A stretch of 64,000 nt of DNA from assembly GCF_006345805.1 (NCBI RefSeq), contig NC_043024.1, positions 1,426,001-1,490,000 on the forward strand, written 5' to 3'. Below are positions 1-12,695 of this stretch, piece by piece. This DNA is from Octopus sinensis (taxonomy: Eukaryota). The notes under the pieces are model-generated. The model did not search any database. It was not told where the DNA came from and saw only the letters and a list, made by a program, of their open reading frames with translations. How positions within the stretch are numbered: position 1 is the first letter of the stretch; every line of letters starts with the position of its first letter. A program made the translations under genes and the position numbers.

Positions 1-15
1 TAAAGAAAGGTAAGC
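1..15 (+). other. Possible 3' end of an upstream non-coding exon of the kinase (donor after base 9)
   Basis: AAG|GTAAGC consensus donor at the window edge; exon 1 has an acceptor, so an upstream exon must exist. Confidence 0.35.
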
Positions 16-404
16 TGGCCTCACCTCACTTGTTCTTGTTGTTCTTGTTGTTGCGATGGCATTGTCCCTATTACTTTTTTTTCCTTTTTTGTCCTTTGTT
101 CTTTGTTCCTCTCTTTTGTCCCAGAAGCAGTTTTGGGGAACGGTTTTCGCAACTTGTGGAAGCGCCGAATTGAGATGATAAAAAAAGGAAGACTTCCCTC
201 TATTTTAACTCATTTTCGGTCGTTTGACGGCGGCCATGCTGGAGCACTGCCTTTAAGTCGAACAAATCGACCGAAGCACTTAATTCTTTGTAATTCTTAA
301 GTGCTTGTTGTATCGGACACTTTTGCCGAACCGCTAAGTCACGGGGGACGTAAACACACCAGCATCGGTTGTCAAGCGATGCTGGGAAGACAAACATACA
401 GACA

Positions 405-412
405 TATATGTA

Positions 413-449
<37 letters not shown>

Positions 450-820
450 GTATGTATGTATATATGTATGTATGTATATATGTATGTATATATATATATG
501 TATGTGTATATATATATGTATGTATATATATATGTATGTGTATATATATATGTATGTATATATATATATATGTATGTATATATATATGTATGTATATATA
601 TATGTATGTATATATATATGTATGTATATATATATATGTATATATGTATATATGTGTGTGTGTATGTATGTATGTATGTATGTATATATATATGTATGCA
701 TGTATATATATGTATGTATATATATGTATATATATATATATGTGTATGTATATATATATGTATGTATGTATATATATGTATGTATGTATATATATATATA
801 TGTATGTATATATGTGTTTG

Positions 821-857
<37 letters not shown>

Positions 858-975
858 ATATATATATAAATATATATATATGTATGTATATATATGTGTG
901 TGTGTGTGTGTGTATGTATATATATGTTTTTGTGTGTGAGTATATATATGTGTGTATAAATATATGTATGTATAT
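405..975. repeat. Compound (TA)/(TG)/(TATG) microsatellite
   Basis: Direct reading; source of the YI/VC-rich pseudo-ORFs. Confidence 0.98.
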
Positions 976-1169
976 GATTTATTCCAAGCTGAGATATATT
1001 GCTTCAAAGTCGATGACTGACGACTGTTATAGTTTTAATACCAACCTGACATAAATATATTCGTACTATCATTATATGATATCGTACTATACTATATTAT
1101 ATTGTATCAATTTATATTATTATGTTATATTATTTTTCAGAAGGAAGAAGCTGAGATAATTCTGCAGCC

Positions 1170-1218
1170 ATGGAAGAACAAGTCAAGTATTCCATGATAA
1201 TTGATCTTAAGAGCAAAA
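1170..1218 (+). CDS. Kinase coding exon 1 ([16 protein letters not shown]); exon begins at 1141
   Basis: Acceptor tatttttcag ends at 1140; gccATGG Kozak context; in-frame upstream TGA at 1152-1154; donor AAA|gtgagt, phase 1. Confidence 0.75.
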
Positions 1219-4200
1219 GTGAGTCTTTGACCGAATTCTTTCTCTCTCTTTCACTCTTATTTTATTCTGCCTCATTGATTGATTGATCTTTTCATCATCA
1301 TCATCATCATCAAGCATCCGCTTTCCATGCTAGCATGGGTTGTGCGGGTCAACTGGGGTCTGTGAAGCTGGAAGGCTTCGTCAGGCCCAGTCAGATCTGG
1401 CAGTGTTTCTATGGCTGGATGCCCTTCCTAACGCCAACCACTCTGTGAGTGTAGTGGGTGCTTTTTACGTGCCACCCGCACAGGTGCCAGACAGAGCTGG
1501 CAAACGGACACGGACGGATGGTGCTTTTTACGTGCCACCCACACAGGTGCCAGACAGAGCTGGCAAACGGCCACGAACAGATGGTGCTTTTACGTGCCAC
1601 CGACACGGGGCCAGACAGAGCTGGCAAACGGCCACAAACGGACGGTGCTTTTACGTGTCACCGGCACGGGGGCCAGCCGAGGCTGGCAACGGACACGAAC
1701 GGATGGTGCTTTTACGTGCCACCGACACGGGGCCAGACAGAGCTGGCAAACGGCCACAAACGGACGGTGCTTTTACGTGTCACCGGCACGGGGGCCAGCC
1801 GAGGCTGGCAACGGACACGAATGGATGGTGCTTTTACGTGCCACCGACACGGGGCCAGACAGAGCTGGCAAACGGCCACAAACGGACGGTGCTTTTACGT
1901 GTCACCGGCACGGGGGCCAGCCGAGGCTGGCAACGGACACGAACGGATGGTGCTTTTACGTTCCACCGACACGGGGCCAGACAGAGCTGGCAAACGGCCA
2001 CAAATGGACGGTGGTTTTACGTGTCACCGACACGGGGCCAGACAGAGCTGGCAAACGGCCACGAACGGATGGTGCTTTTACGTGCCACCGGCACGGGGCC
2101 AGTCAGAGCTGGCAAACGGCCACGAACGGATAGTGCTTTTACGTGCCACCGGCACGGGGCCAGACAGAGCTGGCAAATGGCCACGAACAGATGGTGCTTT
2201 TACGTGCCACCGACACGGGGCCAGACAGAGCTGGCAAACGGCCACAAACAGATGGTGCTTTTACGTGCCACCGGCACGGGGCCAGGCGAGGCTGTTAATT
2301 TTATTTGATCTTTTATGGTTTCGTAAGATAGAACAGAAGGTAATGAGCTGACCGATTCGTTAGCATGTCGGACAAAATGCTAAGTGGAGTTTCTTCTGGT
2401 TCTGTCTGTTCTGAGTTCAGATCTGGCTGAGGTCACCTTTGCCTGGACCAGTGTTGTGTTCTTGAGCAAGACACTTTATTTCATGTTGCTCCAGTTCACT
2501 CAGCTGTAGAAATGAGTTGTGGCAATGTCACTGGTGTCAAGCTGTATCGGCCCCTTTGCCTTTCCCTTGAACAACATCAATGGCATGGAGAAGGAAGAAT
2601 GACATGCATGGGTGATTGCTGGTTTTCCACAAAACAACCTTGCCCAGACTTGTAACTCAGAGGGGGACTTTCTATAGTGCAATCCCATGGTCCTTCATGA
2701 CTGACTGGGATCTTTACCTTTTTATATTTAGAGTACATCTTTTCTTGTTTCTCACAAGGCATTCATTAAAAAAGACAAAATAGGCGCAGGAGTGGCTGTG
2801 TGGTAAGTAGCTTGCTAACCAACCACATGGTTCCGGGTTCAGTCCCACTGCGTGGCATCTTGGGCAAGTGTCTTCTGCTATAGCCTCGGGCCGACCAAAG
2901 CCTTGTGAGTGGATTTGGTAGACGGAAACTGAAAGAAGCCTGTCGTATATATGTATATATATATATGTGTGTGTGTATATGTTTGTGTGTCTAGCATCGC
3001 TTGTCCCTCTAGCATTGCTTGACGACCGATGCTGGTGTGTTTACGTCCCCGTCACTTAGCGGTTTGGCAAAAGAGACCGATAGAATAAGTGCTGGGCTTA
3101 CAAGGAATAAGTCCCGGGGTCGATTTGCTTGACTAAAAAAGGTGGTGCTCCAGCATGGCCGCAGTCAAAATGACTGAAACAAGTAAAAGAGTAAAGAGTA
3201 TAATGACTAACGAATCAGAGATAAATTAGTCATGTGCATGCGTTTTGGAAATGGAATGAATGGCAGATTCTTTGACACCAAACTTGTTCCCACAGAAGCT
3301 AATCTCTTGACGAGATCTACCTTTTCCAGGTGCATTTATATGTTTTCTGTCCAATGGTGCTATCATGACAGCTGTGGGTACATAAATCTGTATAACAAAA
3401 CGCACCAGATCCTTGCATGGTCATGTAGAAATATGCAAAAGTCTGTGCATTCTGGATGGCAGAGAAATGTGGTTGGTTTCAGGGGCAAGATTTTGCAATA
3501 TAAACAGAATCTTTGACTGATTGCTGACTCTTGCCATCACAGATCAGTCTGTGATAAGCATAACAAGGTTTGCAATTGGGTGTACCAAGTTATTCTGGAT
3601 CAATGATGAAAGAATTGGTGGTTAACGAGGCTGCATGTATTATTAAAATTGTTTTTTCTTAATATTTATAAAGTAGTAGCAGTATTGCCCGGGTTTGTAA
3701 GGGAAATAACTATATAAGCATTTTTAGAGAGTTATAGCCAAAAATAGCAAAAAATGCATTAAAAATGGGAAAAAAATTATGGTAAATTTTTTTTTAAATT
3801 GTTGACTCATCGTAGACATTTTTAGAGAGTTACTTCCCTTATATAATAGCGAAAAAAATGCATTCAAATGGAAAAAAATCATGGTAAATTTTTTTTTAAA
3901 TCGTAGACGCGCGCTAATACCCAGAAGGGCTCGATATGAATCACGACTATAAGATACCCGGTTTTGGTTAAACTTCACCGCAAAATGTGGGAGTAGTTAG
4001 GAATCTAAATCGTAGGAGACACACACAACTTGACTTTTATATATAAAGATTTTAAACATAAACATAATAACCATTTTTCTTTCTTTTTTTCAGATCTGCC
4101 AGATGTCATAGAAGTACCACCCACAGGTAAGGTATCTTTGATATTCTTCTGGAAAGTTTTGTGATCGTTAGTTGTTCTGGGCTTGATTGTAATTTTATAA

Positions 4201-5588
4201 ATAAAGCTTTATCATCATCGTTTAATGTCCACTTTCCATGCTGGCATGGGTTGGACGATTTGACTGAGGACTGGCAAACCAGATGGCTGCAACATGCTCC
4301 AATCTTGATCTGGCAGAGTTTCTACAGCTGGATGCCCTTCCTAATGCCAACGACTCCGAGAGTGTAGTGGGTGCTTTTTACATGCCACCGGCACGAGGGC
4401 CAGTCAGGCAGTACTGGCAACGGCCACGCTCAAATGGTGTTTTTTATGTGCCACCTGCACAGGAGCCAGTCCGGCGGCACTGGCAACGACCTCACTCGAA
4501 TGTTTTTTCACGTGCCAGTAAGGCGACACTGGTAACGATCACGCTATAAGTTCATCATCGTTTAACGTCCGTTCTCCATGCTAGCATGGGTTGGACGGTT
4601 CGACTGGGGATCTGGGAAGCCAGAAAGCTGCACCAGGCTCCAGTCTTATCTGGCAATGTTTTTACAGCTGGATGCCCTTCCTAACGCCAACCCCTCTCTG
4701 AGTGTAGTGGGTGCTTTTTACGTGCCACCTGCACAGGTGCCAGGCGAGGCTGGCAGTCGGATTGGTGCATTTTACGTGCCACCAGCACGGAAGCCAGTCG
4801 AGGCGGCACTGGCTTCGGCCACGATTCGGATGGTATAAGTTCAAATCCAGTCAACAGTTCCATACACATTCGGGAATAAGACACCTGATAATAATTGGCA
4901 AACTACTGATTTACTGAAATGCAGCAAGTTCAAATCCCATCTCGCACCATTTGTGACATTTATTAGAATTTATTTAAAAAGTATTATAAACACAAACATA
5001 TTGACAAATTTTTGTTTTTTTTGTTTTCAGATGTGAAAAATGAGGCGGAAGTAAATCCGGCCCCGGCTGTTGGTAAGTTCCTTTTGATGTTGTTTTGGGG
5101 AAGTTCCACCCCCACCCACCCACCCACCCCAGGTGGCTGTTCTGGGTTTACTTGTCTGTCATTTTATTAATAAAGGTTATAAGTTCAAATCCAGTCGACA
5201 GTTACATACACATTCAGGAATAAGACGACTGATGATGATCATCAATCAAACTAGTCATTGATTGAAACGTACTGAGTTCAAATTCCATAGATGCATCTAG
5301 GGGTATGACCCCCCCCCCCCTGATGACTACTACAGATGAAACAAAATGAAAAGTGTATATATATATATATATATCACTGTCATCACCGTGACCGACCAGG
5401 CTATCAGATGTTGCTACACATCGCTGGTCACAATGCACTTTGCATTGTTTTAGCCTTCAACTGACGCCACCCCACTGGCTAAGCGAGCAGGCTCAACGGA
5501 AGAAAGAGTGAGAGAAAGGGTGGTGAAAGAGTACAGCAGGGACCGCCACCACCACCCAAAAAAATTCCAGACCGTGTGCCTATAGTAG

Positions 5589-5622
<34 letters not shown>

Positions 5623-7397
5623 TATTCAAGTCAAACACACACACTGGTAGAATCGTTTGCACGTGGGGCGAAATGCCTAGTGGTATTTCATCTGCCACTA
5701 TGTTCTGAGTTCAGGTTCTGCCAAGGTTGACTTTACCTTTCATCCCCTCCCCCAAAATTGCTGCCCTTCTGGCAAAATCTGAAACCATTATTATTATTAT
5801 TATTAATTAGTATTGTTTATTGTTGTTGTTGTTGTTTTGTTTAGATACTTCAGATAGGAACATTGTGAACTTGGGTGTTGTGAGAAGAAATGTTCCGGAC
5901 GGTCGCCATAGTTACAAGTAAATATCTGCCTCCTTTTTTCTTGTTATTTCCTTTCCATCGACCTTTTCTGACTTTCATTTAAGAGACACAAAGAGGAACG
6001 GCAAAATTCCTCTCAGCAGAATGGTTAGAACTCCCCAAAGCCCCCTCAAATGTCCCCCACAAAGAAATCCAACGTTCATCCAAATACTTCCAAGTATCTG
6101 CAACAGAAACCAAGCTCGTGGATGTCATGCTTGGATTGGTTGAAGATGAGGTTCATAGGCACAGGTGTGACAGTGTGGTAAGAAACTGTCTTTGTAACCA
6201 CATGGTTCCAAGTTCAGTCCCACTGCATGACTGCTTGGGCAAGTGTCTTCTGCTGTAGCCCCAGGTTGACCAAAGACTTGTGAATGGATTTGTTTGACAA
6301 GAACTACAAAATACCAGTCATACAAGCAGTGTCGTTCACTTTGAGTCTTCTGCAGGAACATGTCTGACCTTGGGGAAATATTAATTTGTTTGGAAACAGG
6401 TGAGGGTCGTCAATAGGGAGGGTCCCTGGCTGTACAAAGTCTATTGCAGTAAATTTTGTCTGACCCCTGCAAACATGGAGAAGTGGGAAGTTTCACAACC
6501 AAACATTGGCAATTTGAAAAGGGAATTCTGGCAGGGTTCATAATATCCGTGGCTCTCTTCATGGTGGCCATGGGCCTTCTGCTTTGACATGAGAGGAAAG
6601 CGATCAAGAGAAGATGAAACTGATGGTAGAACAAGGAATCCAGCCTGCAGTGCCTTCATTGATGGCATCATCATAATGACAATCCAGCATCCCTGAACTC
6701 ATTGGAGAAGATGGTTCTGTGGTCATGTATTGAAATTCAACTCTGGGAAATCTTGAAGCCTGAATATCCCGAAGAAAAAACTGATGACATTTTCAGCATT
6801 GCCTTTTTTTTAATGCTTTCATCATCGTTTAACGTCCGCTTTCCATGCTGGCATGGGTTGGACGGTTCAACTGGGGTCTGGGAAGCCCGAAGGCTGCACC
6901 AGGCCAGTCAGATCTGGCAGTGTTTCTACAGCTGGATGCCCTTCCTAACGCCAACCACTCCGAGAGTGTAGTGGGTGATTTTATGTGCCACCGACACAGG
7001 TGCCAGACGAGGCTGGCGAACGGCCACGCTCGGATGGTGTTTTTTACGTGCCACCGGCACGGAGGCCAGTCAATGCCGTACTGGCTACGGCCACGTTCGG
7101 ATGGTTTTCGTATGTGCCACCGGCACTGGTACCTCAAAACTACAAATTCCATTTGATTAATAATACTGTTTTTCACCTGTTTGACCCTATTTGGATTTTT
7201 TGTTTGTTTCCTCTTTTGCCTCAAATTCTACTCACATTCTTTGTGTAAATTTTACCAATGTATGTGTGTGTGTGTGTGTGTAACGGTATAATCTAGCAGT
7301 ACCTATAATACTACAACTGGAAAGCACCAGGTGTAATCTGAAGGTGGACAAGCTTTATACTGCACCCTTCTGTGTTCTTAACAGAATATGCCATAAC

Positions 7398-7429
<32 letters not shown>

Positions 7430-7436
7430 TATATAT

Positions 7437-7485
<49 letters not shown>

Positions 7486-7513
7486 TATATATATATACAT
7501 ATATTTATATATA

Positions 7514-7546
<33 letters not shown>

Positions 7547-7695
7547 GTTATATATATAGTTTTATATATATATATATTATATATATATATAGGATAAAAT
7601 TCTTTGAAAAAAATTATTCTATCAATGGCCAGCATATTAAAAAATACCTTTATAGGTTAAATTTATAAACAACTTATAAGTTTATAAGTTGTATG

Positions 7696-7753
<58 letters not shown>

Positions 7754-10700
7754 GAGAGAGTTAGACGTGGTGTACAGATATTGAATATTGAGAACGAAAA
7801 AGTCGCCAGAGTTTTGGAAAAAATATTTTTATTTATTCATTATAATTAGCGCAAGTGCTAATGATAATGAATGAATGAAAAACACTTGTTCCCCAAAATT
7901 CTGGCAACCTCCTTTTTTTCTCAACACACATAGATATATATATATATATATAAAAAGCTTCATGTTTTGTTTTCTTTACAGAAACCTCTTACATGGCAGT
8001 ACTGACGACATCTTGAGATTGCTTGAGCACCGAATGCAATATCCGGATACGGCTGTCGTCCTCAAGGAAGAGGTAAGAATGAAGGCAATACATTTCTGAT
8101 GAATTCATAGAGTTGTTGGCATTAAAAGGATTCTTTAAACTTACAAATGGACTTGAAATAAATCTTTTTCTTTTTAGAACATTGCCTCTTGAGAGACATT
8201 ATCTCTCGAAAGAGTTGTTCTTCACTCCTGCTCCAGAGCGTCGGCTGCGGGGTCACTCCGAAAAGCTCTATCTATGACGATTTCATCTCAATCGAAGGAG
8301 AGGGGGCTTTCTCTGTCCGGGTTGCAGATCCGTGGAATAAGCTGCCGGACGAGATGGTGAAGATGCTGACGACCGCTCGGTTCAAAGTCTCTCTTGACCA
8401 GAAATGGCCTGAACTCTTTGTATGACCACCCTCCCTGTACATAACTCCCTGTCCTCCTACATGGCCTTGCTTTTACTTTTTGAGTCAATAAAAATTGAAT
8501 TGAATTGAATTGAATTAAAGCTATAAATTAATGGCCATCGACTGAGGTCCTGGTGACCTTTGTGGGTCCATATAAGATTTCGTGGTTAGAAGTTTATCTG
8601 CAATAAAAATGGTTGTATTTCTACAATACACGAAATATTTTAACAATTTCTCGTACAGTGAGGTGCAGGTGTGGCTGTGTGGTAAGAAGCTTGCTTCACT
8701 TAGTCATGCTAAGTGACTCACTTGGTTGTGAGAATTGGTGTTTGGTGGGGCGCATCTCGCCACCAAACTTTGTGACAATTTTGAAAATTCGACCAATTTG
8801 TGGAGGATTTTTTGTGTTCCTGCGGCTACTGTGACCTGGAGTACCTATTTCTTTACTACCTACAAGGGGCTAAACACAGAGGAATCAAACAAGGACAGAC
8901 AGATGGATTAAGTCGATTATATCGACCCCAGTGCATAACTGGTACTTAATTTATCGACCTCCAAAAGGATGGAAGGCAAAGTTGACCTCGGCGGAATATG
9001 AACTCAGAACGTAACGGCAGACGAAATACGGTTAAGCCTTTCGCCCGGTGTGCTAACGTTTCTGCCAGCTCGCCACCTGTGTGGAGTACCATTTTTTGGA
9101 ATACCTGTGGCCCAGGATTACCGAGTGGCCGGAATTGTGTTGCCGTGACTTGAACTGTCTTCCTTCATTCTTGCTGATTATTTTTGACTTTATTTAGACT
9201 TTTTGTTTGAACTATTTTTCGGATTCCCTTTTCTGCAAGCATGGCAAAAAAGGCAAACACTGCATTGGAGTGGGAGATTGTACCCGGCAAAGCAGTGGGT
9301 AAAAAACTTCAATGAGAGAACGGTGGTTTTGAAGATGTATTCCAAGTCTCTCGACACCATTTCCGTGTTCCCTCAAATGGAAATAGAAAAGGAGTTGGCA
9401 GAATATCTGCCAACTATAAGTCCTAGGGTTGATTTCTTCAACTAAAGCCCCTTTAAAGCAGTGCTCCAGCATGACCACAAATGACTTAAACATGTAGAAG
9501 AAAGAATAAAAAAGAGTTCTTTATAATATTTAATTATGAAAATGTAATAAAATTACACAGATATTGTTTTGAGCTGAGTGAGGGTGCTAGAGTCCCTTGT
9601 TCAAAAATATAAGGACACAGATCGTGTCGTATAGCCAGCTGGAGACGAATGTCTCCTGGGGCTAAATTACAGCAACATCCGTCCTAAACCAGGACTGCCA
9701 TATTATGTTGGCAAACAATCTTTACTCCAAAGTTCTGTTGCTGAATATCTCTCCTTGTGAGATTTACAAATAGTAATTTTCTAATGTAATAGAATTGTTT
9801 AAAACATCAAATGGTTATGGGGATTCCAGCAGAGTAAAATAGGGTCCTTAGGCACAAAATGGCTGAGAACCCCTTCTTTAACTAATGGCCTTCAACTTTT
9901 TGAAATTAATAAAAATTTCCAAAATTTTCGAAAGCAGTTTCTGAGTATTGAACCTTGATACATGTTACTCTACTCTCCTCCTAATTACCTGGCTCCCTCT
10001 CACTAACTATCCTGTTCTCACTCAACTGACCCCTTTTTATCTGTTTTTATTCTTCCACAGCTATGTCTTGAAGATGGTTATTTGACCCAAGGGAGTTTCA
10101 CTCCCGGAGGATTTGCAACATCCGTTGACCTTTGCCTCGACTTCAGAAGTTCTCGAAACTATGTCAGGAAAGAAGTAATTTTCATTTTCCTATCTTCTCC
10201 ATTTCCATTATTGTTGTTTTAAATTAAAATTCCTTTTTTTTTTTTCTTTGAGAGTTTGTTCCCATTGGATGGTCATTGTCAGCTGGTCTCTTGCACTATG
10301 ACCACAGCTTGACCAAACAGTGGTATGTGTGTGGAATTTCATTGACAGAAATTTTGAATTTTAAGAGGCCCATTGTGTGTGTGTGTGTGTGTTTATATAT
10401 ATGTGTGTGTGTGTGTATAAGAGGTTATGGTGTCATTGAGTAAAGCATGAAACAGCTGGAAGACCTATCTATAAATGTTCTAATATCTACACAGCCTTAG
10501 TTTTTTTTATCTCATTACGCAAAAAATTCTTATATATATGTACATATAAACAATTGCAGCATGAAAGGTGTTTGTAAACCATTTAAGAAACACACAAAAA
10601 CCGTTCGATTCACTTCAACATTTAAGTTTAATTTGTCAAAATATTTTCGTCACTTTGAGACCGCGACCTCTTCACTGAAGATCTTTGAGGGTTTCGCTTC

Positions 10701-12662
10701 CAGTTTGGGAATTGACAGCTATACCAATCCTCCTGCTGTTAGTTGTTCAAAGGATAAAGGTGAAATATTAACTTGCTTTGAAGCAGGCAAGTACGAGTGA
10801 ACCGGAAGAACATCAGGCTTCAGAAAACCTGCCTCAACAAAGTTCATCTGATGACCTATAGAAGGATGGAGAAGCAGACATTAAATTCAATGATGATAAT
10901 TTTTCCCTGCCTTAACCAAACATCTTGTTTTTTGCCCCAGTAATTTCTATAATTTCCCTCTCATTTTTTTTTTTTACCAGATAAGAAGGAGCAAATTCAA
11001 GGCAAGAGAGGTAGAACACCTCTGTCGGCTGAACAGCCCTAACATTTCCAAAATTTTGGGGTTCTGCGTCAAAAGTGACTGCTATGAGATTCTCCTGGAA
11101 TATTGTGGTAAGTTGAAATTTGGTTTTGTTGTTGTGTATGTTGTTGTTTAATTATTTCACTGTTGTCGGTCGTTAGTGTGGAACCATAATGGATCATCAT
11201 CGTTTAACATCCGCTTTCCATGCTAGCATGGGTTGGACGGTCCGACTGGGGTCTGGGAAGCCAGGAGGCTGCACCAGGCTCCAGTCTGATCTGGCAGTGT
11301 TTCTACAGCTGGATGCCCTTCCTAACGCCAACCACTCCATGAGTGTAGTGGGTACTTTTTATGTGCCACCGGCATGGTGCCAGGCGAGGCTGGCAACAGC
11401 CACGATCGGATGGTGCTTTTTACGTGCCAGCGGCACGGAGGCCAGTCGGGCAATATCTGAAAAAGTTTTTAGCTGGCTATATTGACCTCAGTACATTATA
11501 ATTCATCTCTTTTTAATTATCATATGGCTGAGTCTCCCTTGGTGTAAAGGGGTGTAGCACACACAAAATACATACCAAGTTGACTTACGATTAAGGAAAA
11601 GGACAGACTTAAGCTTGTGGAAAATGAGTGACTCTCTTTTGATGCAGACACAACACAGGCCATGCTTCCAGGGTTTTTGGATAAAGTTTTCAGAAATAAC
11701 CCAAAAGGTTTACCATTAATTCTTTGAAATATTTGTGGCTCCTGCAAGTAAAGACTATTAAACGTATGTTGATTCCTGTTGGTTTCTCTACAGGCATGGA
11801 TCTGCATTCTGCTATGAAAATGGAATGGAATCCGATCATCGATCAACACCTGGAAAGTTTCATAACTCAGATTGCTGAAGCAATTTACCACTGCAACCAT
11901 CAGAATATCTTTCACCTTGATATCAAACGTAAGTCTCCAGGTCTTTTGGTTGTGTGTGTGTGTGTGTGATATTTTTTGTTGTTATTTACTTTCGGTACCT
12001 CTGTCCATCACTAACTTCATTGGCATCCAAAACTGGCAAGATCGATGCTGTCAGTGTATCACTTAAACTGTTGCCAAGCAAGACCTGCAGAAAGGATGTG
12101 AGCTGCAAAAGGATTCCGGTGGGATTATATTTGGGGGAAGAAGTAATGAGAATAGTAGTCGGTGTGGGGCTTAGAAGTTTGGACACAACACATATGTTGG
12201 GAAGAGAACAGGTGAATGGGTTGGGAGGTGGCATGGGACCAGCAAGTTCTGAGGAGCAGAGGCCATTATTAGAGGAGTAGAAAAGTCAGAGAGAGAGCAG
12301 AGACGGTACACTTGTGTGCAAGAGGCTGGAATATCAAATGGCTTTTCTCTGAATGTGGATTATGATGACTTTGCATGTGGCAGTTGATTGTTCCAGATGT
12401 GGGAGCAAACCTGCATTCTGGGCCCCATTTGTCAGGAAATGTTGAAACTTGGTGTAGAGTTGGAACTGAAGTACTTTCTGGTCCTGATGAGAAGGGCCAG
12501 TCTTTGAGAAAGAGTTCTAGCTGTATTAAGAATGTACTTTCACCAGGCGAGATTGTTGATGATAGGTGGGGCCCTAACATTTGGGGTGACCATAAAAAAT
12601 CCAGCATCATTTGTCAAGTGATGTTGGGGGACAAACACAGACACACAAGCATATACACACAC

Positions 12663-12695
<33 letters not shown>

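Noticed and set aside
301-1054. Long ORFs rich in Y/I/V/C/M or T/H (also near 22.6k, 26.5k, 36.7k, 40.2k, 41.2k, 46k, 47.7k, 55k and 57k)
   Set aside because: Translations of di- and tetranucleotide microsatellites that lack stop codons
1457-2292. CRISPR-like regular array
   Set aside because: There are no unique spacers (whole units repeat), no cas genes, and the context is eukaryotic
1340-2351. Three overlapping 179-322 aa ORFs with repeated peptides
   Set aside because: The 61-bp unit has no + strand stop, so all frames stay open; it lies in an intron and derives from a SINE
5229-5275. CTGATGA...GAAACGTA hammerhead-like string
   Set aside because: Stem I cannot form, and the duplicated sister sequence at 4880-4925 lacks the core
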